Source: a virus. From it: a stretch of DNA of 64,000 bases. Location: the IMG/VR virus record IMGVR_UViG_3300032320_000408, positions 1,348 through 65,347 of that record; one strand, written 5' to 3'. This document shows, in pieces, positions 18,514 to 27,798 of this stretch; the first letter of the stretch is position 1, and each line of letters opens with the position of its first letter. The position numbers and the translations under genes were made by a program. The notes below the pieces were generated by a model, which was not told the origin of the DNA, ran no database searches, and worked only from the letters and a program-made list of their open reading frames with translations.

Positions 18514-21500
18514 GCATAGTAGACCTTGGTGGTCTTTACGATGTCTTCCATTATTCTTGTTATCAACTTCCCCTGAGACTTGGTTTCTTCTTCTAGGTCG
18601 CTTATGCGCACGGCCGGCGTAACTTCTACTTGCTGCTCAAGATCTTCCAGGTATTTGTAGTAGTCCTCATCCGTTTCAAACGTGTACTCTGTGCCGTCCT
18701 TGTGTGTGATGTGGGGGCTGCTGTCTCTTACGTTGTCGTAGTCGTATAAGATCCAATAGACCCTATCAACATCCTCCTTGAACAGGTCTTCTAACAGCTG
18801 TTGGGACTTCATGTCCTGCATTTCGGTGTACCGGTTGTCCAATAAAAAGTTACGGACTTCGTTTGGCAACGAATTTAGATACTCGTCACGCCGCTTCTCG
18901 TAGTCCCGCAACTTGCGTACAATTTCAATTAGTTCTGGTTTCATGTGTTCTCCTTTGAAGTCAAGCCCCATATCGCATATCCAGCGCAGTCGAGAGTGTG
19001 AAACTTACCGTCCGCGCCAATCGCATCTTTGTGCAACGCGTGTGCTTTTGGATGCTTATCATGGCAAGGAAAGCCGCCAGACTTTGTGATCACGTCAAAC
19101 ACCGAGCGTATTAAGTTTCTATGGAGAGCTGGTGTTGTTGGTTTGCATGGGCAAACTTTGCATGGCTTTTTGCAAGTCATGTGTTCTCCTTGGTGCTTTG
19201 GATGAAGGCGTCAACCTTATCTCTTTCAAACTTTGCGTAGTGTTGCGCCGCCTCCCAAAACCCAATCAAAGAATCTTGGTTGATAAGCCACGCAAACCTA
19301 CGTATCTCAGGCGTCAGCTCTTTGATGCCCGCCTCTTCCGCGAGCCTGTTTAAATTTTTATTCAGTCGATCAGTCATGGCCTCTCCAATATGGTTTCCAG
19401 CCAACCAACAAAGACTTCGTACATGTCAACGACCTGTAGGTCGCCTTCTTGTTTAAATCGCTCAATTTCTCGCTTGTAGTGACTGATTACGTTTTTTATT
19501 CTTTGCTCAGTAGTTTGTTGTGACCACAGTGTCATGTGTTCTTCTCCTTGAGTTTGGCAGGGTCTGTTGTAAATTTGGCGTCACCAGTGGCAACCCAATA
19601 ACCCTCTCGATAACCTTCGTAGTGAGCAAGCCATCTTCCGTTCAAGGCTTCTTCACTCATGTGGTCAGCCTCTTTTTTATCCATTGCTTTGATGTAAGCA
19701 AGTTTGCGGTTGGTTGCATACCTTGCCGCATCTGTGTGTAGTAGTTCTGCGGGTGTCATGTGTTTTTCTCGCGTAATTTGGCTTCTATGGCTTTGAATAA
19801 ATCTTTGAGGTTGCCACCGTCTTCCCAGTCAATCTCATCCTCATCCGTCAGCCCAACCCATGTGCGTTGTTGTGGTGTGGTGTAGAGGTTATCGATTTGT
19901 TCTTGGTAGTGATCGTGCGCTCGACCCAATTCGTAACGAATGTACTCCCACCACCAATACACGTTCCCACCGCCGTAATCATTAAGAAAACCAGCGTCAT
20001 ACTCAGCCAACGCCACAGGCTCACCCTGCTCTTGCTTGGCTACTTGTGGCGGCACACCATCTGCATAAACGGTATTACAAACAACACATTGAAGTCTTAC
20101 AGATTCTTTATTTTCCTCGCCATAAGCATCTTTATACAAACCAAGACGTTCATTTTCATCATGCAATTTTTGTAAAATCAAATCTTTTTCAATTTCAATA
20201 GGGGCCAATGCTTCACGCAAACGAGCAATAGCAGCCCTAGCGTCTTGCATTGCAAAGTGATTATGTTTAAGAGCAAAAAATTTACTTTCAGTTTGAGCAA
20301 CCAATTCCTTCAAAGCAGCAATTGCTATTTGCATGGTTTCTTTGTCAGTCATAGCGGAGCCTCTGGCAGTTGTGCGCGTTGCGCTTGTTGATATGCTTGC
20401 TCTTGTGCTTTTGTCCACGGTGTGGGTGGACATGTTGGGAAAGGCCAATTCATTGTTTCTTTCATTGCGCCACCCATATTGCTTTTCCACCCGTTGACTC
20501 AAACTGCTCTGTTTTAAGTCGGATGTAGGCTTGCCCCTCTACGCCAGCAGACTGAACGTAACCTTGGATGCCCCAGCCCTTCACTTCGGTGACTACTACC
20601 ATGCAGCCACCAAATACTTCAAAGTTAGGGTCAACTTGTACTATGTCGTTTACTTCAACCATGTGTTCTCCTATATCTATACAAATCAATACATTCAGTG
20701 TATGTGTATGACGTACTGACAATCACCTTTGTTCAATGGCGGCGCAGTCGTAAACCAAGGCGTTCTCTCACCGCTTGGTTGTTGTTCTAAAACTCTGCGG
20801 CAAGTTGCACAAGGCGTTACCAGCTTATTTGTTTCATCACGCCACCCGTTACAGCGGCAAATGTCAAACGGAAGCGTCATGCTTCACCTCTTGCTCGGAT
20901 TGTTTTAATCCACGCACAAACAAACCCTCTAAAAAAGTTTATTGCCGCGCCAATAACAGCGCCACAAATAGCTCCGTAAAAAAAGTCTGTCATGCTTCAC
21001 CTCTTGCTCGGATTGCTATTGCAACATCAACTACATCAGGATCATATTTCCATTCTTCAACTTCTTTGTCGCATATCAATGCACACGCCTCACGCTCTTT
21101 AGCTGCTACCAGTTTGGCAAAGGCTTCAAGAAATAGTGTCATACCTTCTGCATGGTCTTTTGATATTCCAGCCTGTTTAGCCATCTCAATGATTTCATCT
21201 TGTGTCATGCTGCCTCCTTACGCTTGGCCTCAATTGCGTTGTTCACAATATTGCGCCACTCCTCGGCCGTAAAGCCGTCCCAGTCCGCCGTGTTGTTGGT
21301 CGCTAGGCCTAATGCTATGCCGCGCAGCAAAGCACCCTCCATGACCGTCTGGTGCTCTTCTTTGGACATGTCTAGCGTGATGGTTGCTGTGCCGTCTTCG
21401 TGCTCGATGATGTTTGTTACTTTCATTGTGGGTGCTCCTCAAATTCAAACCATTCGTACATTTCCAGCTCAATGGCGTGGCTGATCTCACCCTTGATGAC

Positions 21501-22589
21501 ATCCTCGGTGGGATCGTCTGTGTTCTTGTGCGCCCTACGCCAGCCGTACTCAATGCCGTTCTCGATGCACATCTCTAGCAGTTTCTTAAATCTCGGTGTC
21601 ATACTTCCTCCTTTTCAATGATTCGGACACGTTTTAATCGGACCTCTTTTGCCACTAAATCTATAGCCTTCTCTACGTCGGCCACAGTACATGCGTCTAG
21701 CTGGGCATCATGGATGTCCATGCCCAAGTTAAGCGCTTTCATCTCCGGTCCTGTGAACAGGAACTTGTTATTCAACCTCAACCCTCGCTCGGCCATAGAC
21801 TTGATGGCATCTTCTGCGGCACGTATCTCCGCCAGCCACTCTTCGCCTTTGCCTTGCACCGCCAGCGCCTCAGTAATGTTCATGGCGCTGATGAGGATGT
21901 CTACATCCGCAATCGTGCCAGTGCCTCTTACTATGGACGCCATTGCCGCGTGATTCTTAATCTTGAGCGTCAGGCCTCTTGAGTCTAAAACCTCAAAGCC
22001 AGCCCTAACCCAAGACATCACATCCAAGCGCACGCCCTTTGGTTTGTACTTTGAACGCTTACGCATTTAGATTCTGTTCCAGCCAAACATCATGCAAATC
22101 CACAAGATGTGCGCCAAAACACCAAACGCTACAGCAGACGCACACACAATGGCAATGCCGGCCAGCCACGTAAACACAACAGTGACAACTTCCAGAATAT
22201 CGTCTTTCATGATTAGTCCTTTGAAACAGGCAAACACCTGACTGTGTAATACGTATCCTTTGGGATATTCTTCACGCATGCAGCGCGCGATGGGTAGGTT
22301 TCCACATACTCAGCCACGCACGTCTTTGTGCACAACATAAACACCATTGCCCAAGTCATACATCCCCCTTTGTGTACGCCGTCAAGCGCTTGATCCTGTC
22401 CGTGTGGTAGTCCACCATCCTCTTTGCATAATCAAGCCCTGTCTGAGCCGCCAGCAAGGAGCGCTTGGCCTCATCCAGCTCTATCTGAGCCAGCTTCTCA
22501 GCCGTTGGCAACCTAAACACATCAGCCATCTTGGCCCCTATCCGCTTCATAAATCCCATACTACCTCCGTTGGTTGAAATATAACTCAT
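18507..22589 (-). CDS. Nin-like run of small coupled hypothetical genes (18507-18944, 18941-19180, 19177-19377, 19374-19535, 19532-19759, 19756-20352, 20349-20465, 20462-20662, 20695-20880, 20877-20993, 20990-21208, 21205-21426, 21423-21602, 21599-22066, 22067-22210, 22213-22359, 22356-22589)
   Basis: Near-continuous ATGA overlaps; several translated manually; recurring C-terminal KENT/KEKNT and IRARGEA junctions. Confidence 0.65.
20876..21015 (-). repeat. 27-bp direct repeat GTCATGCTTCACCTCTTGCTCGGATTG (20876-20902, 20989-21015)
   Basis: Identical copies encoding IRARGEA-stop/start junctions on the minus strand. Confidence 0.85.
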
Positions 22590-22999
22590 GAATTATCCAC
22601 GAGTCAACTACTATATCGCAAGTCAAGAGCCCTCTTACCCGTGCACCCACCCACCCCTATGGGTGGTAACTAACAGGGCACACAGCTCATTATCAAGACG
22701 CTTTGTCGGGATTTATTCCAACTATCGGAAGCCACTCCGCCCACCCCCTCAATCATCCATGAGGCGGTCAACCATTACTGGCCGGGGTATTGTCATTGCT
22801 GACGTCTTGTTTATCCCGTTCGATTTCTCTACTAGGAGGTGCGGGTCACACCGAGGTTCTGTGTTTCTTGAGTTCAGCCCATACAGGCCATCAGCTAACG
22901 CGCTCTGACGGATGCTATGGAGGGCGGGACTGCCTGTGTACCGGTGCGCCATCCCCGGTCTTTTGTATCTCTAGCGCGTATCCACAGACAAGTCCCAAA

Positions 23000-23125
23000 A
23001 ACAAAAAGGCCGCTTACAACTGCGCCCGGTCGGAGCCTTGCCTAAAAGCACCACTCTGGCTCTTAGGTAAGGCGGAACGCATGTGTAAACGGCCTATCTA
23101 TCTCGTCGCCTCCGACAGCAACGGT
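23000..23125 (-). ncRNA. C4/CI-like antisense RNA with upstream a1b1-like hairpin
   Basis: Minus strand: long stem AGGCCGTTTACA/TGTAAGCGGCCT plus U tract, inner CCTTACCTAAGAG/CTTTTAGGCAAGG stem, bulge CTCCGAC complementary to the loop GTCGGAG of upstream hairpin CGTTGC..GCGACG. Confidence 0.6.
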
Positions 23126-23129
23126 TTGG

Positions 23130-23157
23130 ATTATACATATCCTAAACCAGCGTGCAA
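23130..23157 (-). promoter_or_regulatory. Sigma70-like leftward promoter
   Basis: TTGCAC, 16 nt, TATAAT on minus strand just upstream of the structured RNA. Confidence 0.6.
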
Positions 23158-23203
23158 GAAATATTTTTAAATGCTACATGATGTCGTATTTGCACAACAG
23201 TTG

Positions 23204-23221
23204 ACTGTAACAAGTTACAGT
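23204..23221. promoter_or_regulatory. Palindromic site ACTGTAACAAGTTACAGT
   Basis: One-base variant of the 7729 palindrome; intergenic, between terminator and promoter. Confidence 0.75.
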
Positions 23222-23222
23222 G

Positions 23223-23253
23223 AAAAAAAATCCCCCGTGTTTAGCGGAGGATT
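23223..23253 (-). terminator. Intrinsic terminator downstream of RuvC-like gene
   Basis: Minus strand ATCCTCCG-CTAAACA-CGGGGGAT followed by a T run. Confidence 0.6.
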
Positions 23254-23358
23254 TAAAGAGCCAGCAGACCCATCAACGGAGATTGATGTGCAAAATGGTA
23301 CCACAGCTCTGGCAACCACAACTTAACTCTATCAGGTTTACTCTGCAAATTCAACCAT

Positions 23359-23823
23359 TTACTCTGCACAATCAAGAAACTTTTGCTTGTACCAAAGCGC
23401 AATAAGTAAAGCCTCTGCGCGACCGTTGTCTTTTTTACGCAACAGCGGCGCTGCCGGCCATATCTCTCGAGCCATGATCAATGACTCCTGCTTGTCTGAC
23501 GTAAGCCCCAAGTCCCGCTTCCACTGGTGGGGTGGTACTAGCATCCATGGCTCACGAAAGCGCTGCGCCAAAGCAAGCACGCCGCCATACGATGCACCAA
23601 ACGAGAAGGCTTGACGCACGCCATCACGCGGCATTGAGTGCACAGCTTCCACTACGACCTGGCAGTCTTGCCCATCGCGCGCTAAGCACAGCTCACCCCA
23701 CACAGCCTCAGTATCAAGCCCGCGATCGTGATAAATCATGTCGCCGCAAGTATGGTAATCACCTACATGAGTGATAGCTGCCCACGCTCCACTTTTCCCA
23801 GGGTCAAATGCAAATATCAACAT
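23359..23823 (-). CDS. RuvC-like Holliday junction resolvase
   Basis: FAFDPGKSGA, VVVEAVH, FSFG, PHQWK, DNGRAEALLIA; probable ATG at 23823. Confidence 0.8.
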   Translation of the reverse strand: MLIFAFDPGKSGAWAAITHVGDYHTCGDMIYHDRGLDTEAVWGELCLARDGQDCQVVVEAVHSMPRDGVRQAFSFGASYGGVLALAQRFREPWMLVPPHQWKRDLGLTSDKQESLIMAREIWPAAPLLRKKDNGRAEALLIALWYKQKFLDCAE

Positions 23824-23847
23824 TTTTAAAATACTTTCAAAAAAAAC

Positions 23848-23877
23848 TTGCAAGACATGAAAAGGTGTGGGTACAAT
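23848..23877 (+). promoter_or_regulatory. Sigma70-like rightward promoter
   Basis: TTGCAA, 18 nt, TACAAT ahead of the recombination operon. Confidence 0.5.
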
Positions 23878-23909
23878 GTGTTGCCGATTATAACTTAACG
23901 GAGAAATGA

Positions 23910-24101
23910 ATGAGATGCTTTACGGTCAACTGGAACACCACCATAGGCGAAGCAAAAATCAAGTACGCCGATTGGTTTACGCCAAAGGCAGAAGAATCTT
24001 ACACGCAGCTCATCATGATGGACGCCATCAGTGACGTAATGGCGGAGTTGCAACAGGTGTACGACGAGCTATATGCAGAGGTATACAAGGAAAAAAAATG
24101 A
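23910..24101 (+). CDS. Hypothetical protein
   Basis: 63 aa, GGAG SD. Confidence 0.6.
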   Translation: MRCFTVNWNTTIGEAKIKYADWFTPKAEESYTQLIMMDAISDVMAELQQVYDELYAEVYKEKK

Positions 24102-24976
24102 TCATTACAAACAAACACAACCTGCCGCAGACCTTTGTGAACATCATGAAGCGTCCAACGTACAGCAAGGGCAAGGCAAACATCTCTGCTACCGAGCTCA
24201 TTAACAGCCCGCGCATTGTTCAGTTGCGTAAGTTGCACGAAGACAAGATCGAAACCGATGTGTCCGAGATGGTGTGGTCGATCTTTGGTACAGCCATTCA
24301 CGGCGTCCTCGAGCACGGCGTAGATGAGAACCACCTGATTGAAGAGCGGCTACACGCTACGGTGGACGGCTGGTCTATCTCTGGCGCCATTGACTTGCAG
24401 ATCATCAACCCAGACGGCACGGTAACGATCAACGACTACAAGACGTGCGGCGCATGGTCAGTCATGAACGAGAAGATTGACTGGGAACTCCAGCTCAACA
24501 TCTATGCGTGGCTGGTGGAGAAGGTCAAAGGCGACAAGGTAAGCAAGCTCGAGATCGTGGCCATCATTCGTGATTGGTCCCGCCGTGATGCTGCCGTCAA
24601 GCAGAACTACCCAGACGCGCCAGTAAAAGTTATACCGATCCAGTTGTGGTCGATGGAAAAGCGCGAAGAATTTATTAAGGACCGCATCTCTGTTCACTCA
24701 AACGCATTGTTTGATTTAGAGACTGGGGACGAATTACCACCGTGTACACCTGAGCAAATGTGGGAGAAAGAAACCACGTACGCGGTGAAAAAGGTCGGCA
24801 ATGTGAAGGCACGCAATGTCTGCACTACCGAAGAAGAGGCGAAAGCCAAAGTGGAAGAGTACGGAAAAGGCTACGAGATAGAAGTACGCAAAGGCGAGAG
24901 AACACGCTGCGCAAACTTCTGTTCAGTAAGCCCGTTCTGTTCTCAATATCGAGACTACCTATCAACGCAGGAATAA
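24098..24976 (+). CDS. PD-(D/E)xK (RecB/Cas4-like) exonuclease
   Basis: GTAIH, ISGAIDL, NDYKT, QLNIYA, C-terminal RCANFCSVSPFC cysteine cluster. Confidence 0.85.
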   Translation: MIITNKHNLPQTFVNIMKRPTYSKGKANISATELINSPRIVQLRKLHEDKIETDVSEMVWSIFGTAIHGVLEHGVDENHLIEERLHATVDGWSISGAIDLQIINPDGTVTINDYKTCGAWSVMNEKIDWELQLNIYAWLVEKVKGDKVSKLEIVAIIRDWSRRDAAVKQNYPDAPVKVIPIQLWSMEKREEFIKDRISVHSNALFDLETGDELPPCTPEQMWEKETTYAVKKVGNVKARNVCTTEEEAKAKVEEYGKGYEIEVRKGERTRCANFCSVSPFCSQYRDYLSTQE

Positions 24977-24978
24977 AA

Positions 24979-25269
24979 ATGAACATTACCCTAACCATTC
25001 AAGAAGCAGATTACGGCTTTGTTGTAGAAGCAATTAAGCTGCGCACGACATCGATGCTCCAGAGCTTAGATAACCAAGTTGTACGTCAGAAGCAAGCTGA
25101 AGAAGCTGCTGAGCATCAGAGAAAACAAGCAGCTAAAGCAGCAATCGTCGAGCCTTGGGAAACTGAACAAGAAGAACAAAAGACTGTTGTCAAACGCAGG
25201 ATTAACGCCCCGTATGGCTTGAAAAAAGATGGCACACCAAAGAAGCGCCCAGGCCGCACACCTAGTTAA
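24979..25269 (+). CDS. Hypothetical protein with AT-hook-like C-terminus
   Basis: APYGLKKDGTPKKRPGR; ATG at 24979. Confidence 0.6.
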   Translation: MNITLTIQEADYGFVVEAIKLRTTSMLQSLDNQVVRQKQAEEAAEHQRKQAAKAAIVEPWETEQEEQKTVVKRRINAPYGLKKDGTPKKRPGRTPS

Positions 25270-25278
25270 GGAAACACC

Positions 25279-25968
25279 ATGACAGTATTTAGAAAACTCC
25301 AAGCCGCAAGGCATGAGCTGGTTAAATCCGGCATTAAGAAAACCGGCCACAACAAGTTTGGCGGCTGGCACTACTATGAGCTGGGTGACTTCATCCCTAC
25401 AGTCCACCGTCTGTTTGACGCAGTTGGTCTGTGCGGTGTTGTTACGTTTGGCGAGACAGCAACCCTGACGATCTACGACACAGAAGACGGCTCGTCTGTT
25501 AAGTTTTCTACGCCAATCGTTTATGCAGAAGCAAACAAAGGTCAGCCAATTCAGATGCTGGGCAGCACCCACACCTACTTGCGCCGCTACCTTTGGCTTC
25601 TAGCCATGGAGATCGTTGAGGCCGACGCCATCGACTCACAAGAGCAGGAAGTAAAGCCCGTCAAGATTGAAAAGCCGGCCAAAGTCGAAGCCCCCAAGCC
25701 TACCCCTGCGCCCGTTGTGAAAGCGCCTGTAAACGACGATATGAAGGAGTGGGAGATCAGGATCACAGCTGTCAGCGAAGACAAGTGGGCGGACATGGTG
25801 ATGGATGCTACGAAGGTGTGTCTGGAGTGCGTTAAGTCTGCCGCAGATGTTCAGTCAATCTTCAAGACCAACCGCGCAACGTTTGACAAACTGAAAGCAG
25901 AACACAACCCTCTGTACACAGAGCTGCTGGAAATCTTCAAACAAACAAAAGAATCATTTAAGGAATAA
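25279..25968 (+). CDS. ERF-family single-strand annealing recombinase
   Basis: KKTGHNKF..YY.L.D, 'IQMLGSTHTYLRRY' ERF motif. Confidence 0.85.
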   Translation: MTVFRKLQAARHELVKSGIKKTGHNKFGGWHYYELGDFIPTVHRLFDAVGLCGVVTFGETATLTIYDTEDGSSVKFSTPIVYAEANKGQPIQMLGSTHTYLRRYLWLLAMEIVEADAIDSQEQEVKPVKIEKPAKVEAPKPTPAPVVKAPVNDDMKEWEIRITAVSEDKWADMVMDATKVCLECVKSAADVQSIFKTNRATFDKLKAEHNPLYTELLEIFKQTKESFKE

Positions 25969-25970
25969 AA

Positions 25971-26243
25971 ATGTCATCACAGTACCCAAACTCAGGCGCC
26001 TTGTTTACGTCTGCACAAAAGCGCAACGACCGCGCACCCGATATGTTTGGCAATTTGGAAGTTGAGAAAGACTACCTTTTGGCTTTGATCGATAAGGCTG
26101 CCGGCGCACCGTTCGTCACCATCAAGCTGGACGGCTGGCTGAAGAAGGACAAGAACGACAACCGCATGGTGTCTCTCAAGATCAACACGTTTGAGAAGGG
26201 CGCACCAGTACAGTCCAGCGCAAAGGATCCATGGGATGACTGA
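25971..26243 (+). CDS. Putative ssDNA-binding protein
   Basis: SGALF...APDMFG..., acidic DPWDD tail; follows ERF. Confidence 0.55.
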   Translation: MSSQYPNSGALFTSAQKRNDRAPDMFGNLEVEKDYLLALIDKAAGAPFVTIKLDGWLKKDKNDNRMVSLKINTFEKGAPVQSSAKDPWDD

Positions 26244-27370
26244 AGCAATCCAGTTTGAAGGCGTCAAGACTGGTCTAAAGCAATCTAAGGACGGCTACAT
26301 ACTAACGATGGCCGTCCATCCCGATGAGCTGCCAAACGACCTTATGCGCGACTTCGTTGGCTCACGCTACGTTGTTGTCATGGTTCGGCTGAATGACCAA
26401 GAACAACCGATGAGCCGAGAGGGAGAGTTCCCAGGCGATCATGCAGTCAAGATGGCGGGCATCCTATGCCGCGATCCAGACTTCTGGGATTGGCTGCACC
26501 ACAAGGAGTGGCTAATGGAAAAGAACGAGAAGGCTTGCACAGAGTGGGTCACAACGTACTTGGAAATTGAGTCACGCAAGGAACTAAAGACAAACGAGGA
26601 GGCGCGCGATTTGTTTAACCGACTGAAGGCGAGCTTTGACGCTTGGAACAATCAATGAAGAAACTAATACCCTACAGCGTGTATCTCCCACCGGAGTACC
26701 ACGCGAAGATGAAAGACTTAGCGAAGAGACGCATGGCCTCTTCAATGGTCCGAGACGCCATCTGCATGTTGGTAGATGGTGACGATACATTCAAGGCGGG
26801 CTATAACAAAGCCCTCAAGGATGTTGTTAAAGAAATAGATGCCATCAAAGAGATCGAGAACATTGCCGTCAAAGGCAAGTACTTGAACGACATCATGGCT
26901 GATCAAATCAAACTCTTGGAGATGTAAATGGAACAAGACATTATTGACGATATGGAATCCCTCTCAGAGTCCATCTGGGAAGAGCTTCAAACCTGCGACC
27001 TATCAGAGCCGGGCGCCATCATTAGCGTGTTGTCTTCTGTGCTGTGCGAGTTTGCCATCCAGCAGAATATTTCTGAGGATGAAATACTTGAGGGGGTTAA
27101 AGAGTGCTACGAGTATTCTCTAATCAACTTTGGACCAGATAGCACGCAATGATGGAACAGCATGAGTCAAATCTGCGTGACCTCTACGCGGGCTTTGCCA
27201 TGCTGGGCTTGATCATGCGCGGAGCAAGTGAGGAAGACATTCCTCCCCGCGCGTGGGAAATGGCTGAACGCATGATTGACATTCGAGGCGGTGAGCAAGA
27301 AGGGATTGCTGCCATCAAAAAGGAGAAGCGTAGTGTCCGAAGAAAAGCCACAGACGAGGATGTACGGTAA
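26236..27370 (+). CDS. Four hypothetical genes (26236-26658; 26655-26927 RHH-like; 26928-27152 acidic; 27149-27370)
   Basis: Coupled ORFs from the track with start codons adjusted to ATGA overlaps. Confidence 0.6.
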
Positions 27371-27507
27371 GCGTCACTGCCCAACGTGCGAACAGTATGG
27401 CCCGCTGGAAGGCGGCGCTGTAGTGGATAGAAGAACTGGCCGGTGGGAGTGCGCATCCTGCCTTGCTAGACCTGAAAGCAGACGCCTACCAAAAGACTGG
27501 GATTTAT

Positions 27508-27798
27508 ATGTACCGAAACAAAAAGCTCCTAGAAACAGCGCGTTTGATACCTTGTCAGCATTGTGGAACGGACAACGGGACGATAGTAGCAGCCCACAGC
27601 AACCAGTTGAGAGACGGAAAAGGGAGAGGCTTGAAGGCGAGTGACTACCGCATAGCCTCCCTGTGCTTTACATGCCACAGCGAGCTCGACCAAGGCTCAA
27701 AGATGAGCAAGGCCGAGCGTGTGGAGATGTGGGAAGAAGCTCACCGCAAGACGATTGGTGAGTTCTTCGAGCGCGGGCTTATTGTTGTAGCTTCCTGA
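27508..27798 (+). CDS. Zn-binding HNH-like nuclease (YbcO/DUF1364-like)
   Basis: PCQHCG, AAHSNQ..GKG.GLKASD, LCFTCH. Confidence 0.75.
   Translation: MYRNKKLLETARLIPCQHCGTDNGTIVAAHSNQLRDGKGRGLKASDYRIASLCFTCHSELDQGSKMSKAERVEMWEEAHRKTIGEFFERGLIVVAS

Noticed and set aside
24098-24976. Cas4-like nuclease as evidence of CRISPR-Cas
   Set aside because: It lies in an operon with ERF and an SSB-like gene, the usual phage recombination context; no array or other cas genes.
27276-27644. CxxC...CxxC ORF overlapping the YbcO-like nuclease
   Set aside because: May be a real small zinc-finger gene from 27360, but the overlap of over 130 nt leaves it unsupported.
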